The notes: a model not told the origin generated them from the sequence alone. A stretch of DNA of 64,000 nt from Centroscyllium fabricii (GCA_051313645.2 JBNRSN020000014.1:119846001-119910000), one strand, 5' to 3'. Positions 29,201 to 44,200 are shown, counted from the first letter of the stretch. A program made the numbers and translations.

Positions 29201-32200
29201 GTATTCTCCCCAAATTCTTACCTGTTCACAGCTGCACACAATGTTGTTTCTGTTTGAAAAGTAGAAAAAAATTAACATGCAGTAATTATCATACTAAAAT
29301 TAACTGGTGAAATTATTAAAAAAAGGTGTAGAAAAAGCACTCACCATTAACTGTGGTTTTACCAGGCTAAGGAAGAGAAAGCACAATATCTTAAATTCAT
29401 ATTGATAAATGTTACATGATAAACTATGCATATATGTAAGTATTATTGCAGATTTTGAAAAAACATTAAACCACTGCCTTTTCCATAAACCAACAAGTGT
29501 AAATTTACTGAAATTCAACCAAAATATTGGTTTTCAAAACACATGTGGGCTAGAAATTGGACTGAAAACTGACACTTTTGAAAATACAAAGTGTTGAGTC
29601 TGTCTTACCGTATCAGGTTGGGGTTCTGAAAATATAACAAAATGGTTATTGTTAAAAGTTGGTCCTGATAATGTGTTACTATTCTTAACCACACCATAAC
29701 ATTATACTGATCTCAGAAGAGGAAATATTTCTGAAATGTCACATTCCTTTTGGCAGGTTCCCTCAATCCCATAATATAATGGCCTCGATTTTCATTGAAC
29801 CGTGGAGTCGGGATTGGAGGTGTGCGGGGGTTAAAATCCCGAAATCAGGGGTCCCGACCCCATCCCACCTCCATGCCAGTTTCAAAGGAGGCGGGAACCT
29901 GCCCCGAAATGGGATCCGCCTACCCGAGGCAGAAAGGGATCAGTGCCAATTAACTGCCTGTTAACAGGTAGTTAACAGGCAGTTTTTACCCTAATCCCTA
30001 TTATTAATATTGATGTGTGAGATTCTAGATGGCTCCAAACCACGCCAAGTTAGAGTCGTCGGGCCATCGGGTTGAAGGACTTGGCGGGGTCAAGATGTCG
30101 GTGTTCAGGTGAGTGATATGTGCATGAGTGCAAAGGTAAGTGTGTTTGGTGTGGCTAAAGTGATTAAATGGGCAGGAAATTCGGTGTCTTGCGCCTGCCG
30201 TTAGCTCCCTAAGAGGGCGCTAATGGGGCGCAAGGCACATAGCGCCTGAACTGCAGCCTCCCACGGTATTCAGTGGGGCGCTAACGTGGGCGGTAGCCGG
30301 TAGCGCCCCACTGAATATTAAACACTGTTCGCTGCCGGGGATGACGTCATAAGTGAGTGCAGCGCCACTCTGGGCCAGCGATTGAAATTGGGTAGCGCAC
30401 GCTGAGTTTTCGGTGGGGGCTGCCCGCGACAGCTTCATCCTGCCGTAACTGCAGAGGGGGAGCGCTGCTTAAAGAGGAGGGTGCAGGGCGGCCATTTTTG
30501 TTGCTGGCCGACTGCCAGCACCTTCCCCCTATGCCGCCCCCAGCCTCCCCCGCTGCCCCCCCGCCCGCGGTGTGATGCCTCCGATCAGAGCCCGGAACTT
30601 CCCTCGAGTGCCGGGCTCCTTCGGTGTCATGCCGTCCCACGGCGGCCCCGCGGGGCTCTGGCCGAAACTGCGCTAGGCCCCTTCCCTTTAATCGGGGAGG
30701 AAGGCCTGCAGTACCACGGAGAGGCACTCTGCGCTGCATGACTCAGCAACCCACAGCGCCCAGAACTTCGGCTGTAGCGCCTAACGAACGAGGCTGGGCG
30801 CCTGTAATAGTGCCCAACCTCCGACTATGGGCGCTACAACCAAATTTCAGCGCTAACGGCGCCAGCAGTCGGCCGGCGTTAAAGCAGTGCTGCACCGATG
30901 TTACCGCGAGAAAACGTGTGCAACCCAATTGATCCCCAAATAAGTTTTACATACCTTTTCTTACCTTTTCAGCTTTCCTTCCTTTAGGTCCCAGGAGTTC
31001 CTCATCTCACCGGCACAAAAAGCAGAAAGGCAGCGAACTGTCAAAGTGACAGCCTGCAGCTTTCTGTGCAGGAGAGACTTCCAACTGAGTCTGTGGAGAA
31101 GGACTCGGGTTAGAAGCAAGGTTGCCAGTGTTTGACAGCTTCAAACAGCTGTGAAACACTGATATTTCATCTGTCAAAATGTCTTAACAGATGAAATTTC
31201 AGTCTCTGACTTCACCTGTTGCCGGGTGGCCCTGAATTGGCCTGCTGTGTGGGCTCAACAAGGTCAATCAAGTTAAACTCGCGTGGATTGGCCGCATCTC
31301 GATGGAGGCGGGACAACAACCCCGAAAGTTGCAATCTCACCTCCCATCCGACTTCTGAATGAAAATCACCCCCAATGTGTCCACACCTGATGTTTGACAT
31401 GTACTGTACTGTAAAATCGACGGGCCTGACAGTAAATCTTAGCCCCTTTAAGCATCTGTCACTGCCTTAGCTGTGCTAATCCTAAGGACTCTTGACATTA
31501 CATTATAATCAATGTGTGCAATTAGTACAAAATGGCAATAAAACCAAAAGTGCAGAACTGTTATCACCAAGGAATTATGTTGAAAGTGTCATGGAGGCTT
31601 TCACATACACGACAAAAAAACGACTGATATTTGAGCATAGTACTTTCTGGTTTCAGCAAGGAATTACCTGATGAATTATCTGGAATTCCTCCTGTCAACC
31701 CAAGTCTCCTCACTTCAGACTCAGTATGTGAGGCCACCCAAACGAGCACTACTGTTTCATTCACTCCATCTTGAAGAGCTTGAAGGTTAAATCCAAGCAA
31801 GTCGATCAGATTCTGGGAATTCAGTTTCTGAAACAGAATTTTTTTTTGATGAATGAGTCCAACATATTAGATTTCACACCTCATCAGGAACTTGCCCTTT
31901 ATTAACTTGACAGCATGAAATCAAGGTGCAGGATGGGACTGGCAATGTTGGATTTGAACTAGTGATCAGTTTGCAGTATCTTCGATCCCTTACTAGAAGA
32001 TTCATACATTACTCAGTATAAGGTACATCTTATACATTTCAAGTCTGTTGGAGTTATATTCTAAAAATAAGTGATGCTGGTCACTGCAGTAAGTGGTCCC
32101 CACTTCTTGTGTTCAGGAGCGTGTCTGGTAGTGCCCAATATATAATTACATACTTGCATATCTTGAGGGCGTAACAATAGCATCACCTTCTGCTGTCATT

Positions 32201-35200
32201 TAGATATTGCATCTCTCACATGCACCCTCACGTATGCTTGTCCCATCTTTCAATATGAAGACTATAAACCGCACTGCCTTGTCATGCGTTAGCAGTTCAG
32301 CCAGAAAATAAGTTATTTGACCTAAGGGCGGCACGGTGGCACAGTGGTTAGCACTGTTGTCTCACAGCACTGGAGACCCGGGTTCAAATCCAGCCTCGGG
32401 TACTATCTGTGTGGAGTTTGCACATTCTCCCCGTGTCTGCGTGGGTTTCCTCCGGGTGCTCCGGTTTCCTCCCACAGTCCAAAGATGTGCGTGTTAGGTT
32501 GATTGGCCAGGATAAACTGACCCTTAGTGTTATGGCGATTGAATATGTGGGGTTACGGGGATAGGGTGGGATATGTGTCAGTGCAGGCTCGATGGGGATC
32601 GAGGGATATGGGGAGAGGGCAGGGGCGGGGTGCTGGGTTTGGATGATCAGCCATGATCTCATTGAATGGCGGAGTGGGCTCAAAGGGCCGAGTGGCTTCC
32701 TCCTGCTCCTGGGTTCTATGTTTCTCACAATTTACAATATTATTTGAACCACATGCCCAGTGTCCACTGTATTCTTTTGCTGAGATGTCTATTATTTAGA
32801 ATTCTAAAGAGTGCAGCATTTACTGTGGGTTTTACAGCCTTTCCATTCATTATAGTTTCAATCATATAACACCAGACACAATTACTTTCTCTACATTTAT
32901 ATTACTGAAGGGCAATTCTACAATGACATGCGATCAATCAACAGCACGGTTTCAGGGTCGATGGGCTGAGAATGAGATGTGAGGTAAAGAAACTGGAATC
33001 ACTGCCATACTAATATAAGCAGAAGATCATAATCATACTGTACATACCTTTACTTCTTCAGGATCCAAACCCTTGAAGGTTGCAAAGTCCATGTTAACCC
33101 TATTATTTGCAAGATACTTCAGATCATCAGCTGAGGCTCCACCTGAAGAAAACAGAGACATTGTTTACTTGCCCTCTACAGTATAACAAGTTATACACCT
33201 TGGCGATGACCTTTGAGGGTAAGGCGAGTGCGGAAATATGTATTCCTGCCAGAGGGGAAGGAGGCCTAATAAATAGGGAGGCGGCCTTGGACGATTTCTT
33301 GGTATATTGCCCCAATAACTTCTTGAAACGAATTTTCAAAGGTGAAGCATCTGTTGGCACTCTTCATGTTCAAGTAGCAGTTTGGGAGAATTCCTGAGCA
33401 CCCCACCCTAAGGCGCACTGATCCCACGCTTGGTGGGAGCAGACTTGCGTTCCGTACTGGGCCTTCCACAGTCCCCAATTGCAGAACTGAGATAATTGAT
33501 GCAAGAATGCATCTAGTTTCCCCATTGGAGTGGCAGAGAGCTGCTTGGATTTTCCGTTGAGCAATTGGGACAGGGACCTCTATAGTCCCCCTGCAGGCAT
33601 AGGTAGGCTCCCCCAAATATTAAGAGAATTTGGGACTGGTTCAACTTCCTTTTCAGACAGGAGTCCTGCTCCAACGCACTTCTAGTGGTGGCGTGTGGTT
33701 CCTGGAATTCCAGCTCTATCAACTTCAAGGAGAAACAAAAATTCCAGTGAAATCATTCTTCTGCCATTGTTGCTTTTCCAACAGCACTCATCATTATGTA
33801 ATACAATGGAGTTTTAATTGCTGATTTCTGCTAATTTTATCAAATTGTAACAAAATTGGGTCAGCGATAGATTTAAAATATAGTGAACTCATCAAAAATG
33901 AACAGACATGAAATGAACGGAGTCAGCTGTTGCAGCTGGTTAAACTGCAGCAATATTTTTGCACACACTTGAGGGTCCTTAAGCCTTTGCCAATCTGAGC
34001 CTCTGAATTAGGTAAGTAGAGTGTGTGAATTCCAGAGCAGACAGGCAGAGACTCTGCCTGTGAGCACCTCAGGAGCTTAGATTGAAGACACAAATATGAA
34101 GATGGTTTCCTTGTGAGTCAGACACCTGGCTGAGCAAAAAAAATAAGCATAATTTTACTCACCAACATACACCTTTATCAGGTGAAAGTAGGGGATCGGG
34201 TTACTTTGCTGAGAGCTCAGTGCAGAGAGCGCCTGACTGTAAAGCAAGTTTTTCTTCGACTGTGTGCACACAGAAAGATCCAGAGCTCCTGCATCCCTGT
34301 GGGAGAAAGGTTGCAATGTTAATTTTGTTTTGCATTTCTGCAACTGCACCAGGTAAGGGCCTTGTCGCTGCACTTTTCAGCCCAAAGAGATTTACCCAAT
34401 ATTTTGGCAATATGTGGTAGAGTGTCCAATAGAATGTGCGACGTATCCAAGTTTGCCGTCGATACTAAGATGGGAGGGAAAGCAGTGAGTGAGGAGGACA
34501 TAAAAAACCTGCAAAGGGACATAGACAGGCTAGGTGAATGGGCAAAGATTTGATAGATGGAATATAATGTTGAAAAGTGTGAGGTTATTCACTTTGGCAA
34601 AAAAAATCAAAGAGCAAATTATTATCTAAATGGAGAGAAAATTCAAAGTGCTAAAGTACAAAGGGATCTGGGAGTCATGGTGCATGAAACACAGAATGTT
34701 AGTGTACAGGGACAGCAGGTAATCAGGAAGGCCAATAGAATCTTGGCCTTTATTGCAAGGAGGGTGGAGTATAAAAACAGGGAAGTCCTGCTGCAGTTAT
34801 ACACGGTATTGGTGTGGTCACATCTGGAATACTGTGTGCAGTGTTGGTTTCCATATTTGAGAAAGGATATACTTGCTCTCGAGGCAGTTCAGAGAAGATT
34901 CACTCGGTTGATTCCGGAGATGAGGGGGTTGACTTATGAGGAAAGGTTGAGTAGTTTGGGCCTCTACTCATTGGAGTTCAGAAGAGTGAGAGGCGATCTT
35001 ATCGAAACATTGTGAAGGGGCTTGATCGGTTGGATGCGGTGAGGATGTTTCCACTGATGGGTGAGACTTGAACTAGGGGGCATAATCTAAGAATAAGGGG
35101 CTGCCCTTTCAAAACTGAGATGAGAAGAAACTTCTTCACTCAGAGCGTGGTGGGTCTGTGGAATTTGCTGCCCCAGAGAGCTGTGGAAGCTACTACTTTG

Positions 35201-38200
35201 AATAAGTTTAAAACCGAGATAGACAGTTTCTTGGAAGTAAAGGGAATTAGGGGTTACGGTGAGTGGGCAAGTAAGTGGACGTGAGGCTTGGTTCAGATCG
35301 ACCATGTGATCTCCTGGACAAGTTTCGATCGCCTAGATGGGTCGGAGAGGAATTTTCCAGATTTTTTCTCCCAAATTGGCCACTGGGTTTTTCTCAGGTT
35401 TTTCACCTCTCCCGGAAGATCGCTTGGGTTAGGGCGGGATGGAGAGTGAAAGTAGATTTGAGGTTAAGATCAGATCAGCCATGATCTTGTTGAATGGCGA
35501 AGCAGGCTTGAAGGGCCGATTGGCCTACTCCTGTTCCTATTTCTTATGTTCTTATGCCAAACTCTCAATCACATCTCCCAGCGTAATTCGAACTTTTACT
35601 GACAATGGGGCAGAAATTCCGATGACCGCGGGGCCGCAGTGCGTGAGTAGGGAGCGGGTACACACGCGTGCGGCCCTGAAATTGTAGGTAGACGCCATTT
35701 CCCTGGGATACCTGCAATTCTGAAGAAGACCAGCAGGGGGTCGGGAGCTGAATCGCATTGGCCTGCGCACCAGGAGGTGCGCAGTGCACATCCGATTTGT
35801 TTCAGAGTTTTTGATCGGGGTAAGTATTGAAGATTTTACACCTCAAAATATCAGCCGTAGCGACCCCTTTTTAGCAGGTAAGTCTTTATTTTATAGAATT
35901 TAAGTATTTTGTTAACAGGTTTTTAAAAAAAAATCACTTTAAAGACAGGTAAGTACTTTTTTAGGGCAGTTAAAAACTTTTTTTTAAATGTCAAAATTTT
36001 TATTTTTTGTTTAAAATAGGTAATTTATTTTAGTTATAGTAATGTTAAAAAAGTGATGTTTATTAAAAATTTATTTTACTGTTTAATGTGTTTTTGAGGC
36101 TCTTCCTTTTCATAACTTACACAGATCTCTCTGTTAAAGTTATGAATGGAGGATTCCTTCCATTCATTGGCTCCCCGCGGACCACGTGGTCCCGCGCGAG
36201 CTCTCGAACTAACTCCGTCGCTGAGTTGCCTCAGCACGGCGCCTGTGGCCTGGAGCAGCACTACAAATCGGAATTTCAAATCCCAGAATTGGAGAACGGC
36301 AGGAGCGCAGGGTAAGTATTGTGGGTTGGTGTGCCGACAACAACCTGGCACTGAACACCAAGAAAACCAAGGAGATCATAGTAGACTTCCGGAGGACTGG
36401 AAGCAGAAGACACACCCCCATCTTCATCCAAGGGGCTGAGGTGGAAAGGGTGTCCAGCTTCAAGTTCCTCGGGGTCCACATCTCGGAAGATCTCTCCTGG
36501 TCACTAAACACCTCCTCTCTGGTTAAGAAGGCCCAACAGCGCCTGTACTTCCTTAGGAAGCTGAGGAAAGCCAGGCTGTCATCCGGCAGCCTCTCCAACT
36601 TCTACCGCTGCACAATAGAAAGCATACTGACAAGCTGCATCACTGTCTGGTATGGTAATTGCACTATCTCGGACCGGAAAACCCTGCAGCGGGTAGTCAA
36701 AACTGCCCAACGAATTACCGGTACACAGCTACCATCAATGGAAAGCATCTACCTCAAACGCTGCTTACGGAGGTCTATGAACATTATTAAAGACCCCACA
36801 CACCCCAGCCACAGTCTGTTCGCCCCTCTGCCCTCTGGGAGACGCTACAGAGCAATTCGCACCCGCACGACTAGATTTCAGAACAGCTTCTTCCCCAGGG
36901 CTGTCAGCCTCCTGAACTCTAAAAAGAAACTCCGGTACCTGCACGCCTGACAATGAACTTTACTGTATGCAATTTTCATGTAATTTATTTATTTCGTTTG
37001 CACTACTCTCGGGAGAGTCGAGTCTTCGTCTCGTTGTATTGTACTAGTACTCTGCAATGACAATAAAACTTGAATTGAATTGAATTGAAGTGGACCTCGG
37101 AGGCTTGCACACGCAGGAAGCCTCCGAGGCTAATTTTTGGGCCACTATCAATTCAGTGACTCATGTTTGAAAGGGCATGTGTATTCACTGGGAGACTTTA
37201 GCGGAGGGCAGGATTGGCTTCTGCTGTGATGCTTTCCATAGAGAAATAGCCTGCTCACGTGGCTCACACTCAACGAATAGTTGTTTGGACTGGGTACAGG
37301 CCTGTGGCAAATGTACACCAGAAATGTTCAATGTTCAAAATTCAGAAGTGATTGAACCGGTGAGAGCATTCTGTCAGCTGTGAAGTTGTTCAACAAGGTG
37401 TCTCCTCATCACTGTTTGCTTCACAATTGCACTGCACTATGTCGCTTCATAGACTAACTTTGGTTCTGATGTAAATGGTCACAATTCACTCTTCAGGAAA
37501 CTTGCAATGAAAAGATGCGACACTTACGTCAAGTTTGAAATTGCCATCAGCTGACTTTCATCCAGAGTACACAAGTTGGCTCCACCAATAGCTTTCAATG
37601 AAACTGCGTTTAGAATACCATCTAATTGGAGGTATCTTGTAATGATGGATTTAACCTGCAGAAGGAATTTTAAAAATTGTTCATACCTCACTGTTACATA
37701 GAAGGACGTGTAATTTAAGATGCTGCTTTATTTGATGCTTGTTTTCCACAAATTTATAACGATGCAATATTTACATAAATTCCAATAATTGTACTATTCT
37801 CCTTTTGGAAAATATTTATCAATAATCCTTTTAACTGCACATCACATATTGGCCCAGAAATTCAGCTCCCAACGCACGAGTACGGACAGGGTACTCACGC
37901 GTAAGCCCAACTAAAGTGCCGGTTACGAGCATGCACTGTGCATGCGCGGGAAATGGGCACTCCGTTCCCCTGAATGAAGGGGTTAAGAGATGGAGTGCAT
38001 TTGCGGGAGCGCCAGCGTGTATGCATTGCACTTACAGTTTGTTTGTTTTTTACAGGTTTTTACGTGCGGGTAAGTCTGCAGATTTTACACATGTAAAAAG
38101 CACAATGAAACGGCGTTTAGAATACCATCTAACTGGAGGTATCTTGTAATAATGGATTTAACCTGCAGAAGGGATTTGAAAATATGTTCATACCTTACTG

Positions 38201-41200
38201 TTACATAGGACCTATAATTTAAGATGCTGCTTTATTTGATGCTCGTTTTCCACAAATTTATAACGACACAATATTTGCATAAAATTCCAATAATTGTACT
38301 ATTCTCCTTTTGGAAAATATCCATCAATATATTTTTTAATTGCACCTCATATTATTTATCAAATTTCCACTGTACCATTGCCCATTCCCAGCAATTACAC
38401 ACTGTACCCAACTTCCTGCAGCTGTTTCAAAGCACTGGCCCAAGGTGGTTCCGGTTTCAAGGAAAGACAAAGGGGGCAAAATGGAATCGCGCCCATTTTT
38501 GGTGCGCTAACTTCGCTGGGGCGCTACTTTTAGCACCCCGGAAAAATTAGCACTCCCGCGGCCAAAATTGAGTGGTAGCGCCCCAAGAGGGAAGCGGGGT
38601 GCCGCGGTATTGCAGGCCTTCCTCTCCTTCTTAAAGGAGAAGGGCCATGCATAGAGCGACACCGAGCCCAGTTGGGCCACCGGGGATCGGAGTGCCGGGC
38701 TCATGGAGCGCAGCTGGCACTCCGCGGGGGGCGGGTCAGGATGCCGCAGACGGTTGCGCAGGCAAGTGCTTGCAGGCGGCCTGCAACAAAAATGGCAGCC
38801 CCGCATCTCGCTTTTAAATAGCGCTGCCCGGCTGCAGGTAGGCCCACCTGACCCCGTCGGACATAGCGTCCGGCAGTAAGACACAGGGGGCGATACCGAA
38901 GATCGTGGAAGGGGCGCTGCGCACAGTGATGACGTCATCGCCGGTGGCACAGCGCAGCGGGGCGCTAATAGTTACCGCCGCTGTTAACCTCCAGCTGAAT
39001 TTCGCGGGAGGAGTTGGTGGCGACATGCCCGGGCGCGAGTTGCTTTGCGGCCCATTAACGTCCTAACCGTTGGCACCCTCTTAGGGCGTTAACGGGAGGC
39101 ACAAAGGAACCGAATTTTTCCCGCTGAAGGTCTTAAACTTCAGAGAGCAAATTCCACATTTCACTCATGATCAAGTCACATGTCTGCAGATACCAATATT
39201 TTCACATTAATATTCTCCTGGTTTCAGTACCGTTGTGATTTCCAACTGCGGCATCATTAATGCGGAAAGTGTCACAACTTGCGTGATATTCCAGCTGCTG
39301 ACTTCTGTCGCATTAAACACTGTGGCTATCCTCCCCAGCAGTTGAATCTGGCTTTCTGGTAGCCCATTGGGATAAATCTGTTTCAGGAAAACCAAAACAA
39401 TAAAATTCAGTCAATTTGTTAGGAGTGATCAGCAGTATTCAAATCCAGCTTCAAATTCCTTTTTGGATCTAGAATATTTAGCAACAGATTATTTCCAGAT
39501 CTGTTCATTAACCCTTGACCTTACTGGCTGGAATCTTTACCTTAGAGTCAGGGCGGGAGCGTGCAAACGGCGCAGCGGGTCGCCCTCCCGAAGTTTTCAA
39601 CAGCGTGTTCTGCACTGAGCGTTTAACTCAATTACATCAATTGAAACAATCACGTGGGTTTCCTCGGCCAATTAAATGGAGAGCGTCTGATGACGTAACC
39701 GATGACTTGCTTTCAGCTCAGGTATTTAATGGAGTCTTGCACACATCCCAATTGAAGGTTGTTGGGGGAGGCTTACAGGTGGTTGGGAGTGGTGGCTATT
39801 GGTCTATATTGAAGAGATGTGTGTGGGTGCAAGCAAAGATGGAGCCACAGCGATAGAAGGGTGCGCCCAAGAGAGAACCGGAGGTGGCCCGCCAATATAT
39901 ACTAATTTAACGACTGCAGAGGAGGCCCTCGAAATAAGTGGCGTGACAGAGCTGCTGGTGGTGGGAGATGGAGAGAGGGGGACCTCCCAGCAACCTGCTA
40001 AAAGAATTAAATATCCCGCATGACATACAACAGTCACTCATGGTGACTAATGTCAGCAGACAGTGAAATATCATCATGTGCATAATGGTAATGTTACACA
40101 TTCTTATCATAAGTATCTTATTCATGTCTTTACTCTCCCACAGGTCCATCAAGTGCGCCCACCCCCACTGTCCAACCGGAGGAGGAAGACGACTCCTCAG
40201 AGGAAGCTCCATTCTCGGAGGGTGCACAGTCACCAGACCCATGTGCACTCAGCAGCAGCGCAGATCTACACACATCAGTGGGTCCAGCAGGACATGGAGC
40301 AGTGCTGTCACCTGGTGTCTCATACATCTCAAGTGAGCAAGAGCAGATGGTGGAGACAGGGAGAGGAGTGGAGACTCCTCGCTGGAGGGCGCATCACGCT
40401 CCAACCTCTGCTCAGCTGGATGCAGATGCTGAACCTCGGGGGCTTTTCCAGCCACAATCGGTGCGATTGTAGAGAATGGAGAAATCCATCTCTAACATGA
40501 GCACCACCATATCACAGGTGATGGCAACAAAGTGCTGTTCCATGGAAAGGATGGCCTCCTGCATGGAGCAGCTCAGGTGCCAGTCGAATGTGAACAACAG
40601 ATTGCAGTCTCTCACTGACTTCATCTTTAGGAGGGATACCAACATAGACTTAGACCTTCATTGCCCCACTGCGATGTCCAGTTCCATGCAAGCAGGGAAG
40701 TGTAGGTGGCCCATGAGAGGGATGATGTTGAGAGGGGACGTGGAATTGGGGGCTCTGCGCAAAGTGCTCCCACTTCTCCACCAGGATGTCCAGGATGCTC
40801 ATCTTCTGTCTGTATACCCTGCGTTGAGGGTATAGCCTTCGGCGCAGTGCACCCCTGTGCTGATCCCCTCTTTCATGTGGAGCATCAGGTCGATGAAGAG
40901 AAGGCTGCTGGTGTCGTTGCCGTTGGGGCTCATTTTGGTCCAAATCCGAGTTCCAAGGTGAGACTGCATAACTGGCACCCATGCAGATCTGATAGATGCC
41001 AGGTAAAGTGGAGATCAGAATTCTCCAATGAAGTGAGAGTGACTTGCAATGTGGGGAGGGTGTCTTCCGAAGGTGCAGAAATCACCTGCAAACTCCTGAA
41101 AGCAAAATCTCTGCACAAAATCGTGTCATCAAGTGGGAGTAAGTCAATGATTGGTCCAGTGAGGATCCTTAGGTTTTGAATGATTGTAAGGGAACAAGAA

Positions 41201-44200
41201 GGCAGTCCCGACAGCCACAAAGGGTGGAAGATTTCAGGAAGAATCCAGGGGACACCAGAGAGACAAGTGACAAAAGGCACAGGGTGCGGCCGAGTTACAG
41301 TCATGACTTTGACCCAGAGCATAACGGGGTAATGTAAGTCTCAATTATACTCTGTAAACTGCTCTAATACTAAGGTATAAAGCCTTGCTTGTGTTGAATA
41401 AAGTTAAATCACTGTCACCGATACGGGTCAACTTCGAACCTTTTGCAATCAGTGTGCCTCTGGGTCACTTATCTCATAGCTATTTCTGATACCTTCCTTT
41501 GTGCAAAGTGGTTGTCACATTCCTCTCTATTATAACATCACGGCAATTTAAAAATTGCTTCATTTCCTGTGAAGCACTGTGGGATGGCCTGAGGCAGTGA
41601 AAGGCACTATATAAATGCAAGTACAAAAGCAAAATATCGCAGATGCTGGAAATCTGAAATAAAAATGGAAAATGTTGTAAATACACAGCAGGTCAGGCAG
41701 GATCATTGGAGAGACAAAAAGAGTTAATGGTTCAGGTGGATGACCTTTTGACGAACCCGACCTGCTGAGTATTTGCTGCATTTTCTGTTTTTAGATAAAT
41801 GCTAATTTCTTCTTTCTCTCTTTTCATACCTGTAATAGTCTCTTTTTCAGAACTTCCAGCTGAGTAGAATCAAAGGCAAGAGATCCCAGTTGGAGGACAT
41901 TGTTTTTCAGCACAAGTTTACTCAAACAGAGATCTAACTGGGCGGCATCATAGATTGCAGGTGTCAGGTCATTAATGGCTTCTGCTGCTATCGGTCCCTC
42001 TGTACAGACTGGAAACAAAACCTTCTATTAGTTATAATACTTCAGTTTGCTGGTAAACATGCTCTCAAAATATCAAAAATGACCATTTAATCAAAGCCAT
42101 TCCTGGATTACTGAATTGCCGGTGAAAGGTAACACTGGTGAAATTATAGATCTGCAATTGAAAAAGAATATTTTAGCATCACTTTGCTATTTTCAGCATA
42201 GTGACCTTACTCTGTCACCCGCAGAACAATGGACACTCAACACAAAGCTATATGGGTTGCGGGACAAGTAAGCAAACTGCACGTGTCCATCAAGATCCTC
42301 TTGTTCCATTGATGCTCATGAACAATGTTCCCGCTAAGGTGCCCGTGCACACGGCCGCACAGTAATCTGAAAGGTTATATTGTAAATACCGCACATGCAC
42401 ACAAACTTCAAGGGACTCCGCATTAAAAGAAGAAGGCCGCGCAAAACAAAGCGCAGATTCCAGGGAACATTGCTCATGAACTGAGGCTGCATCATATTCA
42501 TAAATGAAGGACAGTCCTGTCCTTTCACTGATGACTTATGCTCTACATACATAATGGTGCTTCTCCTGCAGCATCCTGGAACTCCCTCGCTAACATGCAC
42601 TGCGGGAGTACCTTCACCACACAGGCTGCAGCAGTTCAAGAAGAAGGTTCACCTTCTCAGGGGCAACTAGCGAGGAGCAATAAATGCTGGGCTTGGCAGC
42701 GACGCCCACATCCCAAGAATGAATATAGAATAATATGAATTACATACTTGCTGTATTGTTTGATCTTCCTCGTAAATTGAGCTGATTTATGAATAACAGC
42801 AGGTCACTTGGGGGTTGCAATCTTTTTGCTTTTTTAATAAATCTTGGGAGAGCTTCATTAAGGACAACCTGCATGGGACAAAATGAGAAAAGCTGAAGAA
42901 TGTCACAGAAAGAATATCTGATTTCATACAGTTCCTGATTTGCCTGCGGTAACATTTGCAAGAAAACATATTTCACCAACGAAAACATTTGCTGGAAAAC
43001 ATTAGTGCTAGTGCTATACTGGAAAGAATGGTGCTTGCAGGACAAAGGGACGATTGCCATGCAATTCACAAGCCCACCCTCCAACATCTAATTCAATGGA
43101 AGCCTCCAGTGCTAAGCATGTTTGAAAAAGAACACAACCACATGTAAAAGGAGCTCTGCGTAGAGTTCTCAATGAGCCTCACCAGATTCTAAGAAATCTA
43201 CAATGATTTAGAAACCAACACATTTTCAGATTCAATTTTGGGCCTCCAAATATAGGGTTCAACAAAACCACCACAACCATATTATAGGTCAGTGACAAAC
43301 TGCCCAATATCATCGTCCACGTTAATGAAGTTACCATGCATGTCATTGTGATTTCAAACTGGAACTCATTTTTATGTGGATGCAAATGTTTTGATCAAAT
43401 AAAAAGTGAAAACATATCTTCATCACGTGGGATTTGGGTCACTTAGTGTTTCTCAAGAACAGGTTTTAACTGAAGAGTGTATTATAGTCCAACCAAGATT
43501 TTCAGTGGGGTTATTGTCTCACAAATTTAGCTATCTGAATCAATTTTAAACCAAGTAAAGCATACCCTGTTTACTTGGGTCCATGTTTCGGTCAAAGCCA
43601 ACGGAAGATTTCCTAGATCGCGTATTGTAGATGACGACCAAGATGAAGGAACACTACAGAAAAAGAAGACGCTCTGAGTTAAGAATACATTCCTATAACT
43701 GCCACCTTAAAAATACAACTGATAAGTACCGTCTGTGTTTCAACAGCAAATAATCTGCAACGGATATCCTCTAAAAATTCATGCTCCAGCTTTTCTGAAT
43801 TACACTGAGCAATTTTAAAATCCCATGCCTAACACCCAAAAGTCACCGTACTTTCAAAATCATTCCCATGAAAATATACACAGAATTTTCCAACTGAGAT
43901 GTGGAGGAAGGAAAAACTTGAAAATTAAGAACCCTTTTCTCACACACTTACAACTACCTTTCTTCTGGCCACAGGCTGCTAGAGCAGTCAGTAGAGTGCT
44001 TAGGAATATGGTAATTGCAAAACAAAAAAAGACCAAGGTTCATCTTGTTCACCTTCTACCATCCTGCAAGTTGCAAGATACAATGATATGGAGTTGTTGA
44101 CTAATCATGGCGATCAATCTCTATCAATTAGTCTGCAACAAATCCAGACATCAGGTGAGGAAAGCCCCAGTGGTGGAAAGCTTTGGGAACCATAGGTCCA

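Noticed and set aside
29250-31667. Gene boundary between two separate tandem paralogs
   Set aside because: No hydrophobic GPI exon, minus-strand poly(A) signal near e28, or ATG/signal-peptide exon was found. In-frame micro-exons bridge the gap.
31564-31667. Read-through of the e28 donor as a terminal exon (..GNSLLKPES..IIPW-stop)
   Set aside because: Not a GPI-like tail and no nearby poly(A) signal. Cannot be fully excluded as a minor isoform.
32330-32400. tRNA gene
   Set aside because: It is the tRNA-derived head of an HE1-type SINE.
33150-33720. Possible decayed L1/Tx1-like LINE fragment
   Set aside because: Coding-like composition but no motif I could identify with confidence.
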